DNA of 64,000 nt from Candidatus Thorarchaeota archaeon (GCA_020348985.1 CP070761.1:1127093-1191092), one strand, 5' to 3'; shown: positions 19,455 through 29,439, counted from the stretch's first letter. The notes: generated by a model from the sequence alone, not told the origin. Made by a program: numbers and translations.

Positions 19455-19943
19455 TCAATCTTCTTCGCCAATGTCCTCGTTCCACAGCGTAGGATTGGCT
19501 TCAATGAAGTCGGTCATCATCTTAATGCACTCTTTGTCCTGAAGTATGACTAGTTCGACTCCACGGTTACGAACGAAGTCCTCAGGACCTTGGAAGGTCA
19601 TGTTTTCGCCAACCACGACTTTGCGGATCCCATAGAGGAGGACTGCTCCGCTACACATGTCACACGGCGACAGCGTGGAGTAAAGTGTGGCTCTTTGATA
19701 CTCTGAAGCCGTCAAACGGCCGGCATTTTCCAGAGCGTCCATCTCTGCATGAAGAATAACGCTACCCTTCTGTATTCTTTGGTTATGGCCGCGGCCTACA
19801 ATCTTCCCATCAATAACAAGAACCGATCCTATTGGAATGCCCCCATCTTCGAGTCCTTTCTTCGCTTCAGCAATTGCTGCTGCCATGTAGAACCGAGTCT
19901 TGGCTTCTGGTGAGGATATCCTCAACGGTTCCTTCTTCGGCAT
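19455..19943 (-). CDS. Cytosine deaminase (zinc-dependent, yeast Fcy1-type)
   Basis: GGIPIGSVL, HAEMDALENAGRL, TLSPCDMC, WNEDIGE. Confidence 0.88.
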   Translation of the reverse strand: MPKKEPLRISSPEAKTRFYMAAAIAEAKKGLEDGGIPIGSVLVIDGKIVGRGHNQRIQKGSVILHAEMDALENAGRLTASEYQRATLYSTLSPCDMCSGAVLLYGIRKVVVGENMTFQGPEDFVRNRGVELVILQDKECIKMMTDFIEANPTLWNEDIGEED

Positions 19944-20072
19944 TACGTTTCCCTCCAACAACATACACAGTGGAACATTCTCTGGCCAACTACCCGCATT
20001 TCAGTTTATTCACTGGTATAGGTTCTGACTGGAGAATTGTGGACTCCCGAGGCAGTCGTGAATCATTCTCCG

Positions 20073-21308
20073 CTAGTCGTAGCCAAGAGGGGGAACTCTG
20101 GCCAGCCAATTCATGAAATAGGCGATGGCGACTGAAACAACAAGACCGATTGTAGCTGTAATCAGCAGATCAATCCAGCTTGGGATTGCACCGCTCAGAA
20201 TCTGCATCCAGCTCCAGTAGGTCCCTGACAAGGTCATTCCTGCGAATGCGACCTTCATGAGGGGAACCTTGACGCTCTTGGTCTGGAAGATTCCCATATC
20301 GGTCATAGCAGCTGCAAGGGCTCCACCCTTGTTCGGCTTGAGCTTCAACTTCTTGGAGAACTTCCCAACTGGCATCTTGGACTTGGGTCTCATTACTTTC
20401 ATTGCTTTTGGCGCATAGTCTGCTATGTCCTGTGAGAAATATGCGACTGCGGCAGAACTTTCGATTTTGCATTTCGAACAGTTTGGAGCGTCGACCTTCC
20501 ACTTCTTGCCGCACTTGGGACAACGTTTTCCGTCCCAGGCCTTCCCGGCCGCTTCAGAGACTCTTCGTTTGAGCTCTTCTTTGTCTACGCTCTCTTGGTC
20601 CTTCTTCCTCCTGGGCCTCCTTCTGAGAACTACCGCTCTTGGGAATATGCCAACATCTGAGCCTCGCTTCGCGCCCCTCATTTTGCGCGCGGCAAGTATT
20701 CCCTGCTGGAAATCATCCATAGCCATCAAGAGACCGAAGACTGACATCACGGTGAAACCAAGAGTGATGAGCCCGGTCACAGACATGATTGCGGCGGGAC
20801 CTGTGGGACCGACTTGGAGTACAAAGTCCTCAGTCACCGTAACGTTTGTGTCTGGGTCTGTCAAGAGCGAGTAAGTGAAGGAGAAGACTCCTGTGACAGT
20901 ACCTGAGAACAGACTTAGACCGCCAACCCCCAGTATTGTCCCGATGTCCAGCGATTCGTTAAGCAGGTCGGCGCTGAAACCTGAGGGGAGGAAGGTATTG
21001 ATGTCAAACGGCTGATTGATGATTGGAATGGATAAGTATGACATCGTAAATAGTCCTGAGTGAAGCGTAAGGTTCTCTATGACATTTATGCTCAGTTCAA
21101 TTGCTAGTGCCGTACTAAGATCAACCGGGATTGGACTGCTCAAATTGGAATGGTAAGCGGAGACATTATTTACTTCAACTAAGAAATGGAAGTTGTCATC
21201 TCCACTCCAACCTGTAGGCGGCAAAGACTGTACTGGCACCAAGATAAATGACCAAAGTAGACCCGTAATCATCAGAAGTGATAGTAGCTCTGGTAGCGAC
21301 CGTTTCAT
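20073..21308 (-). CDS. Hypothetical membrane protein with extracellular domain and cytoplasmic zinc ribbon
   Basis: Signal-like N-terminus, TM, basic region with CPKC...CSKC, two C-terminal TMs. Confidence 0.7.
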   Translation of the reverse strand: MKRSLPELLSLLMITGLLWSFILVPVQSLPPTGWSGDDNFHFLVEVNNVSAYHSNLSSPIPVDLSTALAIELSINVIENLTLHSGLFTMSYLSIPIINQPFDINTFLPSGFSADLLNESLDIGTILGVGGLSLFSGTVTGVFSFTYSLLTDPDTNVTVTEDFVLQVGPTGPAAIMSVTGLITLGFTVMSVFGLLMAMDDFQQGILAARKMRGAKRGSDVGIFPRAVVLRRRPRRKKDQESVDKEELKRRVSEAAGKAWDGKRCPKCGKKWKVDAPNCSKCKIESSAAVAYFSQDIADYAPKAMKVMRPKSKMPVGKFSKKLKLKPNKGGALAAAMTDMGIFQTKSVKVPLMKVAFAGMTLSGTYWSWMQILSGAIPSWIDLLITATIGLVVSVAIAYFMNWLARVPPLGYD

Positions 21309-21421
21309 CTTGTGGCGACTCTCCCGTTTGGAGCGTTCATTGAACTGAAGCATACCTATCCGCGCTTAATAATCAGTCTGGCATGTTCTCGACTTGAAGA
21401 AGACAAAAAACTTCCCGGTTT

Positions 21422-21796
21422 CTAATTTGATCCCTTGAAGGCTTCCTCTATCTGTCTATCGAACTCCTCATCGTCTTCGTCAGGATCGTAGATGATATGA
21501 CTCTTCATCTTCGCCTCTACTGGGGTTTGCCAGTTTGTTGAGGCGCCGAAGCCAATGCCTCCAACCATGAAAAGCACGTTAAGAATGGCGAAGAGGGACG
21601 TTGCTTCGATAATGCCCATGTTTGCAATAAGCAGGTAGATTATGAGCCCTCCAAGAACACCCATTATGAGGCCTAGTCCAATGCGGTCTGCAATCCGGAG
21701 GCTCTTCTGTCCGCCCAAGACTCTGCCCAGCATGAAACCCAAGAAGGCAGCTGGAATAGCGAATAGAAGGTCAAGATAGGATGTCAGGAACTGCAG
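21422..21796 (-). CDS. Hypothetical membrane protein with acidic C-terminal tail (probable CTG start)
   Basis: Frame is open upstream of TTG 21742 to CTG 21796, which follows AGGAGG. Confidence 0.6.
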   Translation of the reverse strand: MQFLTSYLDLLFAIPAAFLGFMLGRVLGGQKSLRIADRIGLGLIMGVLGGLIIYLLIANMGIIEATSLFAILNVLFMVGGIGFGASTNWQTPVEAKMKSHIIYDPDEDDEEFDRQIEEAFKGSN

Positions 21797-21879
21797 CGCG
21801 GAAGCCTCCTGATGGATTCCCCTTCCGAAGGACGATTGATAATCCTTCGCATTTACGCCCCTAGTCTACTAATTGAGGT

Positions 21880-22449
21880 CTACAGCTGCCATCGGTCCCA
21901 ATGGACTACTTCTTCGAAAGGTCTTCTCGGGGAACGGATTTGCTCCTGTGCCAGGTGCTTCTCACTCAGATGTGATGCATCTCCTTCAAAGCCAAAGAAT
22001 ACAACAGCTGCAATTCGGTATTCTTCCGGCAGTCCTATTACTTCTCCTAGAACTTCTTCCCTCCATCCTGCTGTGGGATGTGCTATCAAGCCAAGATGTA
22101 CTCCTTGTAGAAGCATGTTCTCCACTGCGAGACCGACATCCATCATGAAATACGGTAGCTTGTGTGCCGGACATCCCCCATCAGGCCTTGCGGCAACGAT
22201 AATCATAACTGGTGCTCTCGCTGCCCAGTAGTTTCCTCTGCTCATGCCTTCATTCGCTTTCTCTCGGACGGCAGGGTCTCTGATAACAATGAAATTCCAA
22301 GCTTGCGCATTTCCACAAGATGGCGCCCTTCGACCAGCCTCCAGTATCGAATTGATCATTTCATCTGATACAGGCTTGTCGGGGTCATAGGCTCTTCCAC
22401 TTCTACGCTCTTCTATTTCCCTTAGAATCGTATGAATCCCCTCCAACAA
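21880..22449 (-). CDS. Nitroreductase family protein
   Basis: RRSGRAY, APSCGNAQAWNFIV, DVGLAVENMLL. Confidence 0.9.
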   Translation of the reverse strand: MLEGIHTILREIEERRSGRAYDPDKPVSDEMINSILEAGRRAPSCGNAQAWNFIVIRDPAVREKANEGMSRGNYWAARAPVMIIVAARPDGGCPAHKLPYFMMDVGLAVENMLLQGVHLGLIAHPTAGWREEVLGEVIGLPEEYRIAAVVFFGFEGDASHLSEKHLAQEQIRSPRRPFEEVVHWDRWQL

Positions 22450-22458
22450 TCAAAGATG

Positions 22459-22626
22459 CTACTCTGCAAGCTTCATCTTCTTTCCATGATGCTCAGGAAT
22501 TGGGTGGACTCCACAGTTTGGTCCCATCCAGCAGTGTAGCTCATCTCCGGCTTGATGCATTTCCTGGCCGCAGTGCATCGGCACTGGTTCCTCATATCCA
22601 CACTCTTCACATACAAGTTTAGCCAT
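22459..22626 (-). CDS. Small Cys/His-rich metal-binding protein (duplicated desulforedoxin-like motif)
   Basis: CEECG..PMHCGQEM and CWMGPNCG..PEHHGKKM; GGAGG RBS. Confidence 0.7.
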   Translation of the reverse strand: MAKLVCEECGYEEPVPMHCGQEMHQAGDELHCWMGPNCGVHPIPEHHGKKMKLAE

Positions 22627-22719
22627 GTCTTCTCCTCCCATGCTGCTCTTGGTTCACAGCGTTAATTGTGTGTTAACGATGATTAACCCTTTATGAATTT
22701 GCGCCTATGGCAACTAGCA

Positions 22720-23985
22720 CTAGTCGCTCTTCGGATAGTACTTCGCCGGATCCTCAGAGTAGACTTTCTCTATAGTCTTATGTGCTCCAGGTGTGTCCAA
22801 TTCCACATCGCGCTTCAGGGAGCGATCTTCACCAAGAACTTCCTTGAAGATTTCATTCTGGATTATCAGCCGCTGTACTTCATTGCTGCCGGTCCAGATT
22901 GTTGACAGACGTGCATCGCGATATAGTCGTTCGATTGGATAGACGTCGGTGTATCCAATCCCCCCTAGAATCTGCATTGACTCGTGTACCGACTTGAAAC
23001 CTGCTTCAGTACCATATGCCTTTGCCATGGAGACTTCTTTCCTGCACCATGTCCCAGTATCAGCCACCTTAGCAGCTCGATACACCAGACCCCTCGCAGC
23101 ATCCAACTCCATTTGACAGTCGGCTACCTTGAAGCTGATTCCTTCGAATCTACGGATGGGTCTGCCAAAAGCTTCCCTCTTGTCAGCGTATCTTATTGCT
23201 ATATCCAGTGCCACTTGACCCATTCCAATGCATCCTGCAGCAGAAGTCAAGCGTTCCGGAACCATCATTGCATTGAAGACATCATTTCCTCCATGAAGCT
23301 TGCCGAGAAGGTTTGACTCTGGAATTTCAGTGTTTTCCATTACGATTCTTGCGGCCCCCATTCCACGACAGCCCAACAATTCATACTCTTCCTCAACACG
23401 GACTCCGTGGTCTCTGTCTACGAGGAATGCACTAAGTGATTCGTGAGGCTTGGCGTCGAAGCTAGTCTTGGCATAGACGAGAAAGTAGTCGGCACCCACA
23501 CCGCCTGCTACGAAACGCTTCTCACCATTTAGAATGTAACTGTCGCCTTCTTTGATTGCAGTGGTGATTGTGCCAAAGAAATCCGATCCGCTGCGAGGCT
23601 CGGTAAGACCCTCGCCGCCTATTTTCTCTCCTTTTAGAGTTGACAGGAGATAGTTTCGCTTTTGCTCTTCTGTGCCAAACTTCTCTATTCCCTCTCCGAC
23701 GATGCTGGGTAGTGAATATGCACAGCCAAGTGCGATACCCAGAACACCGATTTCCTCTATGGCCGCCATCTCTGAAACCCATCCCAGGCCACGCCCACCA
23801 TACTTCTTCGGAAACCTGAGTCCCAGCAGATTCTCGGCACTTGCGGATTTCACAAACTCATACGGATACTCCTTTTCCCTCGAGTCCATCTTGAGAATGA
23901 GATTACGGTCAACTTTGTCCCGGACAAACGCACGTACCTCGTCTCGAATCTTCTTCTCCTCCTCGCTTAGTAGAATCTCGAACAT
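22720..23985 (-). CDS. Acyl-CoA dehydrogenase family protein
   Basis: LTEPRSGSD, LNGEKRF, REAFGRPI, QILGGIGY, RDARL. Confidence 0.92.
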   Translation of the reverse strand: MFEILLSEEEKKIRDEVRAFVRDKVDRNLILKMDSREKEYPYEFVKSASAENLLGLRFPKKYGGRGLGWVSEMAAIEEIGVLGIALGCAYSLPSIVGEGIEKFGTEEQKRNYLLSTLKGEKIGGEGLTEPRSGSDFFGTITTAIKEGDSYILNGEKRFVAGGVGADYFLVYAKTSFDAKPHESLSAFLVDRDHGVRVEEEYELLGCRGMGAARIVMENTEIPESNLLGKLHGGNDVFNAMMVPERLTSAAGCIGMGQVALDIAIRYADKREAFGRPIRRFEGISFKVADCQMELDAARGLVYRAAKVADTGTWCRKEVSMAKAYGTEAGFKSVHESMQILGGIGYTDVYPIERLYRDARLSTIWTGSNEVQRLIIQNEIFKEVLGEDRSLKRDVELDTPGAHKTIEKVYSEDPAKYYPKSD

Positions 23986-24008
23986 TGTCTAACCTCTTTT
24001 CCATCTGA

Positions 24009-24401
24009 TTACTCGCTTCGTAATAAAGAATCCAGGGTTTCTTGTGAGCCGCCATCTCGAGATACTAGGATAGCCTCAGTAGGACATACTAACTCGCAAA
24101 CCATGCAGAATATGCAGTCTCTCTCGCCTGATGGATCAACAACCTCAGTTTCGAGGTCTGAGACCCATTTGGTGAACACAATCGTCGGGCATGCATCTAC
24201 GCACTTCATGCATCCTACGCATGATTCAATGTGTACAGCAACAAGCTCTCCGTGAATCGTCCCGTCGTGCTCACTTTCAGACTTCCAGACCGAGTGTCCT
24301 TCATGGCTGCCTCTCTTGGACCATCTAGATCTGAAATGCTTGTCAATTGGCACAAGTCCTGAAGGTGCTCTGTCCTTAAAGAGTGTCACCACAGGATGCA
24401 C
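24009..24401 (-). CDS. 4Fe-4S dicluster ferredoxin
   Basis: CVGCMKCVDACP and CIFCMVCELVCP. Confidence 0.85.
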   Translation of the reverse strand: MHPVVTLFKDRAPSGLVPIDKHFRSRWSKRGSHEGHSVWKSESEHDGTIHGELVAVHIESCVGCMKCVDACPTIVFTKWVSDLETEVVDPSGERDCIFCMVCELVCPTEAILVSRDGGSQETLDSLLRSE

Positions 24402-24457
24402 CTAGTTAATTGCTTCAACCGCTCGGCATTTTATGGTGTTCTTGAAAGGCACCGTAG

Positions 24458-27349
24458 ATGCGAACCCTTATGCGACGAAACATGAGTAGGCTTTGGCCTG
24501 TGATCTATGCAATCTCTACTTTGAGAAACAGACCGTTTGTCAGCGCAGGCTTGACGCTGGTCCTTGGATTGGGACTTGCACTTCCGGTTACGGTCTTCGC
24601 TTGGTCAGAAACAGGAATTGCTATTGCAGCTCATGACTACTCTGCGGACAGCGTCTATCAGTTCAGATTCAGCACTCAGGGAACAGATACTTCCAGCACG
24701 GTGAGAAATGCTGCCGACTATGCTGCAACAATCGATATCGTCGAAGCGGCTGACTACATTCCGTCAACGTCTGGCATACTCACAGGAGGTAGATTCGGCA
24801 CGTGGACATGGTACCACATGAACATGCCACTAGACATGATGAATCTCGTTGACGCGAGAGTAATCCCTCTGACCGACGAACAGATAGAGCGGTGGACGGG
24901 AGAGTTCAATTGCAGAGGTCAGTTCTCATTAGAAGATGGTGAGGTGTTGGTTTCACAGCAAGTAGTGAACCTCGCCTCTACACACTTTGGTGAAATCCTT
25001 GACATCGGAAGCACAATCAGTATTGATGTGCTGACTCAAGTTACAAGGCGAGACGGTAACGTTTCACGAAACCAGGCAATAGTAACTAGTCTCTCCAGTC
25101 TAACAATTGTAGGAATCTATTCGCCAAAATCCATTCTGACACAAATTGGAAGAGCGTTCGAATCGGTTGAAAGAGGCACAGGTGACCCCCTGCGGAATGA
25201 CCATGCACACGTTCTCGGAATAGACCATTCATTGATTATCAGACGTGACTCTCTATCCTATTTTGAACTCTACAATATGGGAGTACAAGGCACCTTCCCA
25301 CCTAGCGTGCTTCTGAAGGTTTCAGAAGATGTAATCGCGGATCTAGATGTGGGTGAGTTGGAGTCTGTGCTGTTGTCTGTGAAATCGCTCATAGAGAGCA
25401 GATACCGCACGTTGACCGTGATTGGTGTGTTGGAAACCAGAAGACTCTCAGCCCAGATTGAGGCGTATTCGCGAAGTCTAATGTTGGCAATGCTGTCTGT
25501 ACCAGTCATCTTGGTATCTCTTGTTCTGAGTGTTTTCACCACTGAGGCCGCGTTGACGCGTAGGAAAGGGGAGGTCAGTACGCTTAGAGCGAAGGGTGCA
25601 AGCTACAATCAGATTCTCGGAATGTTTGTTGCAGAGGCAATGATAATCGCTGCCTGTGCCTTCCTGCTTTGCTGTATCGTGGCAGTCTTCGCAGCCCCAT
25701 TAATGGGTTCTATGACAGGAGGCCTGCTTGTAGACCCTACGAGGTACGCCCTCTTCGTGGCAAATCTGAGAATCCCGCACTCCGCCCTGCTGATTGCATT
25801 TGGAATGTCACTCTTCCTTGTGGGCGCGTATCAAGTCCAATTGAATCGGCTTTTCGACGTACGTGACATCGCTCAGCTGAACAGACCACACTGGTCAGAG
25901 GCAGTACGAGATGTCAGAAGGAGTCCGCTTCTGCTTTCATTCTTGTTTGTAGCTGCAGGAGTAGCGGCATTGCCGCTCGCCTCTGTCCAAAGCACGAATA
26001 TAGCAGCCATTGAGATTCTGTTTATTGCACTGGCTCTCTTCGCACTCTCGCACCTTGGATCCAACATTCTTCGACCGACTGTGGCACGATTGTTTAGTGG
26101 TTCACACAGAGGCCTTGGCGAGGTTTCAATCTATGTAAATCGCAGTATCATGAGGAGAAGAAAACAACTCATTCCAATCCTCGTGATTCTGACTTTGACG
26201 ATAACCACCACCAACGTGCTTCTTGTCGAGAACTACAGCTTTGAGAAATCGATGCAACAAGAAATCGATTACGCAGTTGGAGCCGACATTCGAATTGAAG
26301 GAAACAGAATCCCCCTGACTATGATAGAACAGCTCCAAGAGGGCTTTGGAGTAACTTACGTCACTCCGGTGGCGATTGGTGATGTCTATGTGGGAACAAG
26401 CCGGCTGACTCTGGTCGGAGTGGACCCAATCTCATACCTCAATGTCGGTCGATTCATCTCTAGTTCATTCGTCGATAGGACCCCTTCGTCTGCTCTGACC
26501 AAGTTGTCAACTGCGCCCGATGGAATCATCCTCTCAGTATTCCATTCGCAGGTCTGGAACAAGACAGTGGGAGATTCGATGGAGATACAGTATACTGTAG
26601 AGCTGGAAAGTGTTTCACGTCAGCTTGAAGTAACAGACATCATGAACAGCGCCCCTGGTCTTGGGTATTCATCGCCGGGCTTGGAAGAGAGTAGAAATGT
26701 TGGCAGATCCTACGGGTTCCAGATAGGTAACGGTTTTGCACTGGTGAACATGGAGCTGTTTGAATCCATCTTCAGTTCCGATTCCACGAATAGATTCTTG
26801 GCGAAGCTTGGAGAGCCGAGTGAAGCGCGAATACAGGTTTATCGCATAATAGACAGTCTTCGCGTAGATGTCTACTCTCCGTTGGTTTCGGAGACTCTGA
26901 GCAGTGATTTCGGGACTACTCTGTATTCAAAGGGCGTTGCTGGCATAACTTCAATCTCAGCAGTCATGTGTTGCCTTATGGGCATATTTGCTATTGGCCT
27001 CTTTATGGGTTCTGTTGTGAGGGAGCGCAAGCCCGAATATGCAATTCTTAGGGCAATGGGGGCTACAAGAAGAAAGATCGTCTTTGCAGTCATTGGAGAG
27101 TTTGCAGGACTGCTACTGGTGACTGTAATCCTTAGCATTGTGTTGGGATTTATCATAGGAGGCTCAATGACAGTCTTAGTGTTCGCTCTCTCGCCTTACG
27201 TTAACTTGATTCCTCCAGTAGCCCATTATCCCATCGCGATTCTATCATTGGCGGTAATCACCCAGATCGGTGTGTTCGCAGCTGTTAACTTTGGCCCCGC
27301 TAGATCTGCTGGCACTACAGATATGATCGCAGAACTGAGGAATCTCTGA
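24458..27349 (+). CDS. FtsX/MacB-like ABC transporter permease
   Basis: Two FtsX motifs (RRKGEVSTLRAKGAS; ERKPEYAILRAMGAT); large extracytoplasmic loops. Confidence 0.85.
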   Translation: MRTLMRRNMSRLWPVIYAISTLRNRPFVSAGLTLVLGLGLALPVTVFAWSETGIAIAAHDYSADSVYQFRFSTQGTDTSSTVRNAADYAATIDIVEAADYIPSTSGILTGGRFGTWTWYHMNMPLDMMNLVDARVIPLTDEQIERWTGEFNCRGQFSLEDGEVLVSQQVVNLASTHFGEILDIGSTISIDVLTQVTRRDGNVSRNQAIVTSLSSLTIVGIYSPKSILTQIGRAFESVERGTGDPLRNDHAHVLGIDHSLIIRRDSLSYFELYNMGVQGTFPPSVLLKVSEDVIADLDVGELESVLLSVKSLIESRYRTLTVIGVLETRRLSAQIEAYSRSLMLAMLSVPVILVSLVLSVFTTEAALTRRKGEVSTLRAKGASYNQILGMFVAEAMIIAACAFLLCCIVAVFAAPLMGSMTGGLLVDPTRYALFVANLRIPHSALLIAFGMSLFLVGAYQVQLNRLFDVRDIAQLNRPHWSEAVRDVRRSPLLLSFLFVAAGVAALPLASVQSTNIAAIEILFIALALFALSHLGSNILRPTVARLFSGSHRGLGEVSIYVNRSIMRRRKQLIPILVILTLTITTTNVLLVENYSFEKSMQQEIDYAVGADIRIEGNRIPLTMIEQLQEGFGVTYVTPVAIGDVYVGTSRLTLVGVDPISYLNVGRFISSSFVDRTPSSALTKLSTAPDGIILSVFHSQVWNKTVGDSMEIQYTVELESVSRQLEVTDIMNSAPGLGYSSPGLEESRNVGRSYGFQIGNGFALVNMELFESIFSSDSTNRFLAKLGEPSEARIQVYRIIDSLRVDVYSPLVSETLSSDFGTTLYSKGVAGITSISAVMCCLMGIFAIGLFMGSVVRERKPEYAILRAMGATRRKIVFAVIGEFAGLLLVTVILSIVLGFIIGGSMTVLVFALSPYVNLIPPVAHYPIAILSLAVITQIGVFAAVNFGPARSAGTTDMIAELRNL

Positions 27350-27471
27350 TCCTTCGGCTGGACGGATGATGCGTCTAGATTCATAATGATTAATCCCTTA
27401 AGGCGAGGATTCGTCTAATTGACTGTCAAGATTCATATGGAAAATCCAGTATCATTTGAGGGCGGCCACCG

Positions 27472-27963
27472 ATGGACGAAATCTACATCAGGTATTGGAC
27501 AACAACAGGACGCGAGAGAATCGAGCCCTATATGACCAATAGGACAGAAATAAGTCTCGAGTATCGCGACATAGCCGCCATAGACATATTGCCTCTGGTA
27601 TGGTGCAAGGGTCTGCGCCTACTAAGCCTCAGAGGAAATCATCTAGCAAACTTGGATTTGATGTCTTTGGCCAGCTGCCCGAATCTCGAGATGTTGAAGC
27701 TGAGCTACAACAAACTTCAGGCAATTGACCTTACACCACTTGGCCAGTGCACGAATCTGAAGGAATTGTCCCTAGAAAGGAATAGATTCACCTCACTGGA
27801 TCTTTCCCCACTGTTTGAGTGTCCAAGACTTGTTGACCTTGGAATGGACGATTCGATCGAGTTGACGGCCGATTTGATGTTGAGATCAGTCGGAAATTGG
27901 CCGGATGTGTTGGTTAACAGATTCTACAAGATCAAGTGGGAAGTTCCGGCGTACCTCGGCTGA
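27472..27963 (+). CDS. Leucine-rich repeat protein
   Basis: 22-residue repeats LxxLxLxxNxLxxLDLxPLxxCxx. Confidence 0.85.
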   Translation: MDEIYIRYWTTTGRERIEPYMTNRTEISLEYRDIAAIDILPLVWCKGLRLLSLRGNHLANLDLMSLASCPNLEMLKLSYNKLQAIDLTPLGQCTNLKELSLERNRFTSLDLSPLFECPRLVDLGMDDSIELTADLMLRSVGNWPDVLVNRFYKIKWEVPAYLG

Positions 27964-28044
27964 AGGATTCGTGCTAGTCCCGAACCAATCCATTAATAGT
28001 AGTTTTCAGAGTCGGAGAGTAGACTTTCAAGGTGGAATCCGACC

Positions 28045-29409
28045 ATGCAGGTTAGGGATACACTCTGCAACCCAGAGAAGTGCAGCGGAGATTGTCTTGA
28101 TGCTTGCAAGCATGTTCATGGCGAGGATTCACCCCTCGGATTCTCAAGGGAGGCCCGCAGACCAATTATCAATCTCAACACTTGTACTGAATGCCTGGCC
28201 TGTTTGAGAGAGTGTCCATTTGATGCAATCGTGATAGCTACATCATCGGGAGAAAAGTCACGCCAGTCGCCTTTTGCTCTCGTATCAACTAGGGATGCAT
28301 CAACTGTTAGACCGTACGAAGTATCAGATGACTATCAGAGATTTCCAGAGATTGATGTAATCTTCGCTAGAGTCTATCACGATCCGGATTTCAGCCATTA
28401 CACGCGTGGCATCTACTCGGATGCTCGTAGGATGATAGACAAGCGAATTCCCGGCTATGGCCGTGCTGACTTCGAACTGGGGGCGAGTACTTGGAAACTT
28501 TACGACAATAGAAAGCAAGCGTCTGAAACCTATGACTGGCAAAAGACTCCCGCCCTGAGATCAAAGCCCTCCAAGCCAGACAGGAGGAAACTCACAAAAC
28601 GAATCAAACGTGCGGCAAAGTTCCTTGGTGCAGCACTTATTGGCGTAGCAGATCTGGATAGAAGATGGATTTACTCAACTAGTATTGAGGGAGACGAGTA
28701 TATCTTCCCGGAAGGAATCAATCGTGCGATAGTTGTTGCCATCGAGATGGACTATGATCTAATAGATACATCACCTGCATATCCTGCAGCGGTAGCTACA
28801 GCAAGGGGCTACTCGCAGATGGCGTATATTGAGATTCATCTTGCTGAATTCATCCAAAGGATGGGATATCGGGCAATTTCGTGCGGCAACAATGTCGCAT
28901 TAAGTGTCCCGCTTGCGATAGATGCTGGACTCGGTCAATACGGGAGACATGGCATTCTAATCACGAAGGAGTATGGGCCCCGGGTTCGAATCGCGAAGAT
29001 ACTGACCGACATGCCGCTCATTCCCGACAGACCAGATGCTGAGTTTTGTAAGTCGGTTGTGGAGTTCTGCAAGGCCTGTGAGAAATGCGCAATAACGTGT
29101 CCTTCTCAGTCTATTCCATACGGCATAGATAGGACATGGAAGGGCATGACCAAGTCGAACAATCCGGGAGTCAAGAAGTGGTTCGTGGAACCTGAGACCT
29201 GTTATGCATTTTGGGTGCAGAATGGTAATGATTGTTCGAACTGTATAAGATCATGTCCGTATAACAAACCGAATAACCTGCTGCATAAGTTCACATTATG
29301 GGTTATTCAGCACATGCCTTGGCTGAACAGATTTGTAGTCATGATGGATTACCTATTTGGCTTTGGAAGACAGAGGAACCCACAAACAGTTTGGGCAAAG
29401 CATGATTAG
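28045..29409 (+). CDS. rdhA: Reductive dehalogenase (corrinoid/Fe-S) with extra N-terminal Fe-S domain
   Basis: AKFLGAALIGVA..RWIYS, PLAIDAGLGQYGRHG..GPRVR, CxxCxxCxxxCP and Cx10CxxCxxxCP. Confidence 0.8.
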   Translation: MQVRDTLCNPEKCSGDCLDACKHVHGEDSPLGFSREARRPIINLNTCTECLACLRECPFDAIVIATSSGEKSRQSPFALVSTRDASTVRPYEVSDDYQRFPEIDVIFARVYHDPDFSHYTRGIYSDARRMIDKRIPGYGRADFELGASTWKLYDNRKQASETYDWQKTPALRSKPSKPDRRKLTKRIKRAAKFLGAALIGVADLDRRWIYSTSIEGDEYIFPEGINRAIVVAIEMDYDLIDTSPAYPAAVATARGYSQMAYIEIHLAEFIQRMGYRAISCGNNVALSVPLAIDAGLGQYGRHGILITKEYGPRVRIAKILTDMPLIPDRPDAEFCKSVVEFCKACEKCAITCPSQSIPYGIDRTWKGMTKSNNPGVKKWFVEPETCYAFWVQNGNDCSNCIRSCPYNKPNNLLHKFTLWVIQHMPWLNRFVVMMDYLFGFGRQRNPQTVWAKHD

Positions 29410-29439
29410 AGGTCTATTCCCTAGGGAGAGAGAACTGAA

